Assembly: GCA_050298595.1 (NCBI GenBank)
Contig: JBNKUM010000001.1
Coordinates: 1-57,026, forward strand
Source of the DNA: Gammaproteobacteria bacterium
Lineage (GTDB): Bacteria > Pseudomonadota > Gammaproteobacteria > GCA-001735895
DNA length: 57,026 nt
Direction: 5' to 3'
Shown here: one piece after another, positions 49,096-57,026 of the stretch
Position numbering within the stretch: position 1 is the first letter of the stretch
Layout of the letters: every line of letters starts with the position of its first letter
The notes under the pieces: model-generated
What the model was told of the DNA's origin: nothing
Databases searched by the model: none
What the model saw: only the letters and a program-made list of their open reading frames with translations
Translations under genes and position numbers: made by a program

Positions 49096-52000
49096 ATGAT
49101 TACATATAGTAAAAAACAGTCACGATCCCGCTTGCTTTTGTCAAGCCTGGTTCTTGTGCTGACTTTCACATTAAGTGGCTGTACCCCAGAAGATGGCTCA
49201 TCCAGCAACCCAGACTCGACCCCGACTCAGGTTCCTACCCAGGCCCCGACTCAGGTTCCTACACAGGTTCCTACTCATGTACCGAGTAGCAATCATCAGC
49301 CAACTGTCGGTATCAAGGTGCCTGAGAGCGCTATTTCTGGTCAGACGGTCACCCTGGATGGCAGCTCATTCGACTCTGACGGCGATACCCTTAGCTACCA
49401 ATGGACACAGACGGATGGACCTGACATTGCTTTTTCGAATACCACAGGTTCCTCGCTTGTCTTTGTGGCACCGACAGTAGCACAAGTCACAGAGTTAACT
49501 TTTATATTGAGCGTGAGTGATGGCGAGCTCTCCAGCTCTGCAGTCGTGAGCGTTCAGATCACCCCCATACTTGACACTACTTCACCATCGGTCATTTCCA
49601 GATCACCTGAGCAGAATCAGAGCGGGGTATCACCCACCGTAGAGATCCGTGTCAGTTTCGATGAAGCACTGCTTGCAAGCAGTGTTAATAGTCAGAGTTT
49701 AGTGGTCAGTCAGAATGGTACTGTGGTTGCTGGTATTGTTAGCTATGACAGTACCAGTCACAGCATCACCAACAAGCCGATCTCGGCCCTTTCTGCTAGT
49801 GCCACCTATACTGTCACTCTGGCCAACACACTTAAGGATTCCGCGGGCAACGCCTTCGGCGGTTATAGCTGGAATTTCCAGACTAGCGATGCAGCTACGA
49901 ATACCGATACCGTCGGTAAAAGAAAGTTCGATTTTGTGATAGGTGTTGATGGCGACTTTAAGGCAGCAAGAATCGCAGCGTCTAAATCGGGTGGAGAACG
50001 TTTTAGAATCTTCTTTCCCAATGGGGAGTATGACATTGGGGCTTTACTTATGGATTCAGATGAAAACCAGACAACTGATTTTCAATCAGGAAATGTCTCG
50101 TTTATCGGTCAGGATAATGTAAAAACGGTTATTTACAATACGGCTACGGTCGAGGGTCTTGCAACCTCACCCACTTTGCGCTTGCATGGGGATAATCTCT
50201 ACTTTCAGGATGTAGCGCTGCAAAACAGGGCAAAAGTCGGTACCGGTCGTTTTACCGTTATCGATGAACGCGGTAAGCACACCATATACAAAAATGTGAG
50301 AATGCTCAGTGGTCAGGATACCTACTATACCAAGGGAGATAAGACGTATTGGGAAGGTGGTGAAATTCACGGTACCACAGACTTTATATGCGGAGGAGGG
50401 GACATATTCTTCCACGAAGTTTTGTTATGGAGCATGAAAAAAAGTGCGATATCCGCTCCTGCCAGTCATGAAAATAAATGGGGACATGTATTTAACCATT
50501 GCACCATTGATGGTACGGAGGATGGTTATTACTATGGACGTAACTGGAATGGTGGAGCAGCGATTTTTCTTAACACAGTCATGAAGAAGGTCGTCAATAA
50601 CGCAGGTTGGGCAAATGGTATTAGCGATAGGACAAATCAAATATTGCTGGCTGAATATAACAGCAGGAAGTCAGATGGCAGCCTGGTTGATACCAGTAAA
50701 CGTGCATCTCAAGCCACGGTACTGTCAGAATCTGAAGCTGCAAAATACACTATTGAGAATGTTCTCGGTGGTTGGGATCCCAGAAAAGATACCAAACAGG
50801 TGACTGCACCTCTGGTTCGTCAGGAAGGAACGAGTCTTACGTGGAACAACGCTCCCGATGCTCTCAATTGGGTCCTGTTTAGAAATGGCAAGTATCTAGA
50901 CAATGTAACTACCAACAGCTACGACATCTCATCAATTGGTTCAGGTGACACAATAACCATTCGCGCTGCCAATGCAATGGGTGGTTTGGGTGCGGTTTCA
51001 AATTCAGTGACCATTAGTGACAGCAACAGTACTGGCAATCACAGACCCATCGCTAAAATTGGTTCTGTCACACAAAAGATACCCGGTGAGACGGTCACGC
51101 TTGATGGTCGTGGTTCTTCAGATGTGGATGGAGACATACTCAGCTATCTGTGGACTCAGACTCAGGGCAATATCATTACCCTGACGGATAATTCAAATCA
51201 GAGCTTGACCTTTGTTGCACCCAGGGTCACTCAGCCAACGCAGTACACTTTTAAGCTGACCGTGAACGATGGAGAACTCAGCGGTGACGCCAGTGTAACG
51301 GTGCTGGTGTCGCCTGTTTCCTCCGCCGGGTTATGCAACACAGCTGCAGAGGGCAACAGCCTGACGTTGAACTGTCCTTCTGGGCAAGTCATTAATGAAG
51401 TCACCTTCGCCAGTTACGGTACGCCTGGCGGTTCCTGCGGGTCATTCACAACAGGTTCATGCAATGCCAGCAACTCGGTGTCGGTTGTTTCTGAAGCCTG
51501 CAAAGGGAAGAATAATTGCACTGTGTATGCCGGCAATGACAGCTTCGGTGACCCATGCAGTGGTATGGTAAAAAAGCTGACTGCACAGGTGGCTTGTGGT
51601 AACGCAACGGATTCCAGCCCAGCTCCAGATCCAGGCCCGAATCCTGATACGGGCGCGGACGGAAACAGACTGACGCAAAATGGTAATCCGATTCACGCCA
51701 GATTCGATAAATATAAAGACTATATTGATAAAGTCGATAACGTTCTCTCCTATCAGCTTAACTGTGGGGGATGGCCTAAAAACCAGAGCTATGACAAGCC
51801 AGGAAATGGTGGTAACGACAAAGGGACTTTTGATAACGGCGCTACCACAATGGAAATGACGCTAATGGCGGATGCCTACAGGCGCACGGGTGATACCAGG
51901 TACATGCAATCGGCACGTAAAGCCATGGATTATATATTTGAAGCGCAGTACCCCGAAGGCGGATGGCCCCAGTTTTATCCACTGAGAGGTGGGTATTCAG

Positions 52001-52602
52001 ACCATGTGACTTTTAATGATGATGCGATGTCGCGCATACTGACTCTTTTACAGAAGGCGTTGGATAGAGTGTACCCATTTGATACCGACGTGCTTACTGA
52101 CGCACAGCGTTCTAAATTGCAGAGGGCCATCGATGGTGGTGTTGATTACATCCTAAAGGCTCAATATGTTCAAAATGGAAAGAAGACAGTTTGGTGTGCA
52201 CAACACGGAAAAAGTGATTATCAACCTAAACAGGCCCGCAGCTATGAGTGGCCCTCTCTAAGTGGATCTGAATCGGTTGAAATTATCGGCTTTTTGATGT
52301 TTGTACCACAGACGCCTGAAATCAAACAAGCCGTGATAAATGCAGTGAACTGGTTTAATAGCCCCGACACTTATCTACAGGATTACGCTTACGAAAACGA
52401 TAATTTCGTCCAGAGAAAGGGCAGTAGAGTTTGGGCCAGATTTCATGATCTGGAGACAAACCTGCCCGTTTTCAGTACTTATGATGCACCAATGTATGTC
52501 GGTCTTGAATATCAGGATAAGAAAAAACCAGGCTACAGATGGGGCGGTACCTGGGGTGAAAAAATTATCAGTTACGCAAAAAGTGTGGGTTACATTAATT
52601 GA
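49096..52602 (+). CDS. Modular pectinolytic lipoprotein: PKD, Big_5, CE8 pectin methylesterase, FN3-like, PKD, SUEL/Gal-lectin, PL10 pectate lyase
   Basis: LSGC lipobox. CE8 motifs GQDTYY, GTTDFICG and YYGRNW. SUEL motif with 8 Cys (FASYGTP…FGDPC). PL10 motifs GGWPKN, GTFDNGAT, GGWPQFYP, TFNDDAM, WCAQH and ARSYE. Confidence 0.88.
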   Translation: MITYSKKQSRSRLLLSSLVLVLTFTLSGCTPEDGSSSNPDSTPTQVPTQAPTQVPTQVPTHVPSSNHQPTVGIKVPESAISGQTVTLDGSSFDSDGDTLSYQWTQTDGPDIAFSNTTGSSLVFVAPTVAQVTELTFILSVSDGELSSSAVVSVQITPILDTTSPSVISRSPEQNQSGVSPTVEIRVSFDEALLASSVNSQSLVVSQNGTVVAGIVSYDSTSHSITNKPISALSASATYTVTLANTLKDSAGNAFGGYSWNFQTSDAATNTDTVGKRKFDFVIGVDGDFKAARIAASKSGGERFRIFFPNGEYDIGALLMDSDENQTTDFQSGNVSFIGQDNVKTVIYNTATVEGLATSPTLRLHGDNLYFQDVALQNRAKVGTGRFTVIDERGKHTIYKNVRMLSGQDTYYTKGDKTYWEGGEIHGTTDFICGGGDIFFHEVLLWSMKKSAISAPASHENKWGHVFNHCTIDGTEDGYYYGRNWNGGAAIFLNTVMKKVVNNAGWANGISDRTNQILLAEYNSRKSDGSLVDTSKRASQATVLSESEAAKYTIENVLGGWDPRKDTKQVTAPLVRQEGTSLTWNNAPDALNWVLFRNGKYLDNVTTNSYDISSIGSGDTITIRAANAMGGLGAVSNSVTISDSNSTGNHRPIAKIGSVTQKIPGETVTLDGRGSSDVDGDILSYLWTQTQGNIITLTDNSNQSLTFVAPRVTQPTQYTFKLTVNDGELSGDASVTVLVSPVSSAGLCNTAAEGNSLTLNCPSGQVINEVTFASYGTPGGSCGSFTTGSCNASNSVSVVSEACKGKNNCTVYAGNDSFGDPCSGMVKKLTAQVACGNATDSSPAPDPGPNPDTGADGNRLTQNGNPIHARFDKYKDYIDKVDNVLSYQLNCGGWPKNQSYDKPGNGGNDKGTFDNGATTMEMTLMADAYRRTGDTRYMQSARKAMDYIFEAQYPEGGWPQFYPLRGGYSDHVTFNDDAMSRILTLLQKALDRVYPFDTDVLTDAQRSKLQRAIDGGVDYILKAQYVQNGKKTVWCAQHGKSDYQPKQARSYEWPSLSGSESVEIIGFLMFVPQTPEIKQAVINAVNWFNSPDTYLQDYAYENDNFVQRKGSRVWARFHDLETNLPVFSTYDAPMYVGLEYQDKKKPGYRWGGTWGEKIISYAKSVGYIN
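49222..49284 (+). repeat. 12-bp coding tandem repeat forming a Pro/Thr linker
   Basis: Encodes PTQV-PTQA-PTQV-PTQV-PTHV-P. Confidence 0.85.
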
Positions 52603-52631
52603 TTTACTAACTAGATTGTAGGTTTACCAAC

Positions 52632-52776
52632 ACTCAGGCTATAAGAATGGCTCGACACAAGGAGCTGAAAAGGAGTGTCCCCCAGGGGTACTTCATGCGT
52701 GAAGAAGCTTGCAGGCATTAGTCCCCTCTTGCCAAGAGCCGCAACACCGAGATGAGCCGTTCTTATAGACCTGAGT
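52632..52776 (+). repeat. Long-stem hairpin element, copy 1 (MITE-like or structured RNA)
   Basis: ACTCAGGCTATAAGAATGGCTC…GAGCCGTTCTTATAGACCTGAGT. Confidence 0.75.
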
Positions 52777-52986
52777 ATTTAAATAAAAGGGGGTAGAGTA
52801 AATAACTCAGACCTAAATAGCAGTTACTTAAGGCATTCAAAGCTGATTTTGTATGATTTTCTTACATCATTATATTTGAGCCGAGATTTGCCTGCTGCGA
52901 CAGGTAGCACTCTGCTGGTAATTGAAGTGTGGGGTGTGGCCTGCCGCATCGGACCTTAGTTACGTCAGGAGCGTAGGTATACCGAC

Positions 52987-53129
52987 ACTCAGGACTAGAA
53001 GAATGGCTCAGACCAGGAAGCGCCACCAAGGCCAAGGGGGCTTCTTGCGGGTGGCGGTTCTGTGAGATATTAGCCCCCATCTCATTCAGAGCCGTAAAGC
53101 CGAGCTGAGCCATTCTTCTAGTCCTGAGT
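52987..53129 (+). repeat. Long-stem hairpin element, copy 2
   Basis: Perfect 25-bp inverted repeat ACTCAGGACTAGAAGAATGGCTCAG / CTGAGCCATTCTTCTAGTCCTGAGT, 355 bp downstream of copy 1. Confidence 0.8.
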
Positions 53130-53449
53130 TTTTTAAACTGTAAGGGTCGAGGTAAAATCACACTGAAGTGAATAGCGCTTACTTAAGATATTCATAGCAG
53201 ATTTTGTACGATTTTTTCACATTAATTAATTCGACCTGAGGTTTGTCGCACCGGATCAGACTGGTCATCGGAGCAATGTTTCGACATTAAATTGCTTGTT
53301 TAAGTGCATTTTGCTCTGACGCAAAACGTACATGTTCATAGCGAAACTCGCACTACAGCGAGATGCGCTTCTCGGTTCTTTCTAAAAGCAGCTTCAGAAT
53401 ATCAACAGCAGTGTTCCTACAGTGGGTGTTCTAAATAGAAAGGGCTATA

Positions 53450-53619
53450 CCTGATTCCGTAGCTTCATGTCGGTCCTTGGCGCAAGTTATTGATCCCCTG
53501 GTGGTTTGAAAAATTTAAGATAAGCGCATGTAAACGAGCACTAAACCTATGGGTGAGGCTAAGGTTTTTTAATTCCACCGTGAAATCAAACTCTTACGCC
53601 CTGAAATCACGGAGTCAGG
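53450..53619. mobile_element. MITE, 170 bp, with 5-bp target-site duplication CTATA
   Basis: Ends CCTGATTCCGT / ACGGAGTCAGG, with CTATA at 53445-53449 and 53620-53624. Confidence 0.65.
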
Positions 53620-53945
53620 CTATATGACCTCAGGCAGGATTTTCAGGGTATCTCTGATCTTGTATGTTCTAACGCCAATGTGCTTCAGGCCACACCCTGC
53701 GGGGCAGACAGGCTGCAGCACACGCTTCGTCTACACGGGTATAGGGAGTGAGCTGGATGCGCTAGGCTTTAGCCTCGTAGAGGTCTGAGTCTTTTCTTAC
53801 CTTATGTTTTTTTTGGGGGGTAAACAGCTGTATCAAATGTTATAAAAGATCGTATGTATGTCCTAAAAAGAACGACAATTGAAAGGTCACCCCCGAAGCC
53901 TGGTAAAAGATTATCATGCAATAAAAAGGCGCAAATAAATTTAAG

Positions 53946-54817
53946 AAAAGCTGTTGAATTTGTCACAAAATATCTTCGTCAGCATGGCTTTATTGGGTAA
54001 ATATAAAGCAGAGATTGATGGCGTTCAGGAGTCATTTATCACTCTGTGTTAGCAATCTAATTTTAAAGGGGGCTGAGTTAATGTGATGTATACAATGCGT
54101 AGTTTAAGGTTTTTTCTTACGCAATCGTCATTGCTAAAGTACGATTTGATGTGCTTTAAGATCCCCCTGATATACAGGCAAATTACAGCCTTGCTTCGAT
54201 CTTTGAGTATGGATGTCACACTCAATCACCTTCGATAAATAGTTATTATCCGACCAGGTTTTTGAGGAATACTCGCAATAAAAAGTCTGCTTAAGATCTG
54301 TGCGAAAAGTCACAATTTATATTCCATTGCCATGTATGCGGATTAATTATATAGGAAAGGGCATTGATATTTTAAATGTCAAGTATTTGATTGCTCTATT
54401 CGGTGTGCAGGTCTTCCTGCATTGAATATTGAGTTAACGCACGTTTTTACAGGCTTAAGTGAGTCTCATGCCTGCATCTGATAAATAGAAGCGGATCTGG
54501 TTTTCCTAAAAGGGGACGGAAAGAACTACGCTTTTATAAAAATAAATTTGAGTTGATATTGGCTATGAATTGATAGGTATAAAAGCACTCCAGCAAATAA
54601 ATACTGAACAGGGTTTGCTGCGTTTCTAATTAAAGGGACAGGGTGTAGAGAGCCAGTGTTTGAATCAAAAATGTTCAGGTCTCGGTAAATATTGATCTAA
54701 ATAACCACGCTTGAGTTAGAGAGTTAGGGTGTATAAGATTTAAGGTCAGTTGCATTGGGCAACTATTCGAATGGGGAAAAGAGATCTACACAAAACAGGA
54801 ATTAAAATCCTGAACGT
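53946..54817 (+). repeat. Long non-coding leader, copy B (paralogous to 47922-48815)
   Basis: Same ordered blocks as copy A, with substitutions and single-base indels. Confidence 0.88.
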
Positions 54818-54909
54818 TTTTTTATGGGGGGTTATGTCTTTAGTTATATTGTTCAACGTGGCTGGTGCGATCAGACCTGTCCCTGCGCTATACCAGTTGG
54901 AGTGTTCAA

Positions 54910-56755
54910 ATGATTTTTCGTAGTCATCAGTCACGGACCCGCTTGCTATTCTCAAGCCTGGTTCTACTACTGATTTTTTTATTAAGTGGCTGTAACCAGG
55001 ATGGCACAACACTGAGTGACAATCAGCAGCCGAGAGCCATGATCACAGGATCCGAGGTCTACACCTCTGGTGAGATAGTCACCCTGGACGGTAGTAGCTC
55101 ATCTGACCCTGACGGCGATACACTCAGCTACAAATGGCTGCGGATGGAGGGGCAAGATATCATTTTTTTGAATGCCTCGACAGCCACTCTCAGCTTTGTC
55201 GCACCGACGGTCTCACGGACCACACGATTCACTTATAAATTGCTTGTGGGGGATGGTCTGTTTATCAGTTCAGCCAGCGTTAGCATCCAGGTCTCACCAC
55301 CAGTACCGAACACACCTTCCAATCAGCAACCCATTGCCATAATCACTGGATCCAACGTCTACAGTGCAGGTCAGATAGTCACTCTGGACGGCAGTAGCTC
55401 ATCCGACCCGAACGCTGATACGCTCAGCTACTACTGGGTGCGGACGGAGGGTCCAGACACTGTGCCTTCTGTTGCCTCGACAGCTACCCTCAGCTTTGTC
55501 GCGCCGACAGTCTCACAGATCACACGAATCACCTATAAATTGAGTGTGGGGGATGGTCAGCTCAGCAGTACCAGCAGCGCGAGCATCCAGGTCTCACCAT
55601 CAGCACCGAACACGCCAACCAATCAGCTGCCGAGCGCTAAGATCACAGCGCCTCAGAGCGTCCTCTCTGGTCAGACTGTCACCCTGAATGGCAGTGGCTC
55701 GTCCGACCCTGACGGCGACACCATCAGCTACCAATGGACGCAGACGGGTGGGCCGGGAATCACGCTTTCTGACAACACCGGCCCCAACCTCACCTTTGTG
55801 GTGCCGTCAGTAGTACAACCCCAACAGATCAGTTTTCAATTGACCGTGCGTGATGGCAAGCTCGCTAAGAGCACAAGCGTGAGAATGCTGATCTCACCCA
55901 TAGTCGACAAAAGCGCACCATCTATCGTCTTCAGATTCCCTTAATCAGGTCAGAGTAATGTATCACGTACGACGAAGATCCGTGTTGGCTTCGATCAGGC
56001 ACTGCTTGCAAACAGCGTTAATAATCAGAGTTTAGTGGTCAGCCAGGATGGCAGTCGGGTTCCAGGCAATGTGAGTTATGGCAGTAGCAATTACAGCGTC
56101 GCGTTCAAACCGACTTCGGTCTTCTCTGCTGGCGTCAGCTACACCGTAATCCTTACACAGAGTCTTATAGATGTTGCGGGCAACGCCATAGCTTGAGCAA
56201 GCTGGAGTTTTACCACGGGGAGGCGGGACAGCCGAAGAGAATAGTAGCCCGACCTTGAGCTGTCCCTGCGGACAGATTATTAATGAGGTGATCTTCACCA
56301 GCTAAGGTACGCCGGGAGGTTCTTGCGGATCGTTCACCACGGGGGCATGCAGCGCCAGCAACATGATGACAGTAGTATCGGATGCCTGTAGAGGACTGGA
56401 TGCCTGTACCTTGAAAGCTAGCAATGAGACCTTCGGTGAGACTTGCAATGACACGGCCAAGAAACTGGCTGCTCAGGTGGTTTGCGGTATGCCAACTGAT
56501 CCGATTCCGACTCCTGACACAGGCAGCGATACAATTCGTTCGGCTAAACTGGAAGGTTATGGCGAAAACACGACTGGCGGCGAAGGCGATTCAGTGGTGA
56601 AGGCTTCTACAGGCGAGGCATTGATCACCAATGGTGGTGATGCTATTGGCATGGAAAACGGCGTGAACAATGTCTGGGTTGATCACAACATGCTAGAGGC
56701 CAGCGGTGTTTAGTTTGATGTTTACGCCTCCTGATTGATATGAAATCGAAGGCCC
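54910..56755 (+). pseudogene. Decayed paralogous pectinase lipoprotein: 3xPKD, Big_5, SUEL lectin, PL1 pectate lyase remnant
   Basis: Signal peptide nearly identical to that of 49096. In-frame stops at 55942 (TAA), 56194 (TGA), 56303 (TAA) and 56711 (TAG), with a frameshift near 56220. PL1 motifs GYGENTTGG and GDAIG…NVWVDHN sit abnormally close, implying an internal deletion. LIDMK continues in another frame. Confidence 0.85.
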
Positions 56756-57026
56756 GCAAGTGGTCGATTTCTTTCGAATTTACTCGGCTTTAGAATGACC
56801 GCTATCAGGAGGAGAGTTGACTGATCTAATTAAAACTTCGATGACCCGGAACAAAGCCCTCAGCAACTGAAGCAGTCTGATAGCGTATCAAGCTGATTAT
56901 TTCAATTAACACCGAAGTTAATCACTCTTGTTTTCAGCTTCATTTAAGCCTGGCCTGTTAAATTGCTGCGCCAGAACAAGGCTGTATGTCATTAATTTAT
57001 TTACAGGTTGAATATGAATATCCAGG

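Noticed and set aside
48882-49208. 108-aa minus-strand ORF
   Set aside because: Antisense to the pectinase signal peptide and runs through a repeat; no protein features.
52862-53161. 99-aa minus-strand ORF
   Set aside because: Spans the hairpin repeat, and the paralogous unit has no equivalent ORF.
56800-56886. CGCTATCAG…CTGATAGCG inverted repeat near the window end
   Set aside because: Only 9 bp with a long spacer and no target duplication; could be chance.

Overview
Chromosomal window from what looks like a marine, microaerophilic or facultatively anaerobic gammaproteobacterium (inferred from gene content). From left to right it holds: (1) the tail of an atypical type II secretion cluster (gspK...gspL-M-N/C-D) with three cargo-like genes embedded in it (a conserved exported protein, a GlyGly-CTERM subtilase and a c-type cytochrome), followed by three regulators; (2) an FNR-type low-oxygen energy region with pyruvate:ferredoxin oxidoreductase plus a DHODH-like partner, a group 1e hynS-isp1-isp2-hynL hydrogenase, hemN, fnr and cbb3 oxidase ccoNOQP, with FNR boxes visible in the DNA; (3) a pomA-pomB-PilZ-HDOD operon, two ABC systems, AraC/LysE and htpX; (4) a ~10 kb accessory region (47-57 kb). 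The accessory region holds most of the unusual structure. It contains a 542-bp MITE with a 5-bp target duplication, packed with nested GGA-loop (CsrA-site-like) hairpin modules, and a second MITE with the same end architecture. It also has a ~0.9-kb non-coding leader duplicated in front of two paralogous modular pectinase lipoproteins (an intact CE8+SUEL-lectin+PL10 gene and a decayed SUEL+PL1 pseudogene), and two tandem ~145-nt long-stem hairpins with compensatory changes. No tRNA, rRNA, CRISPR array or transposase gene was recognised. All family calls come from motif recognition by eye, not database searches.
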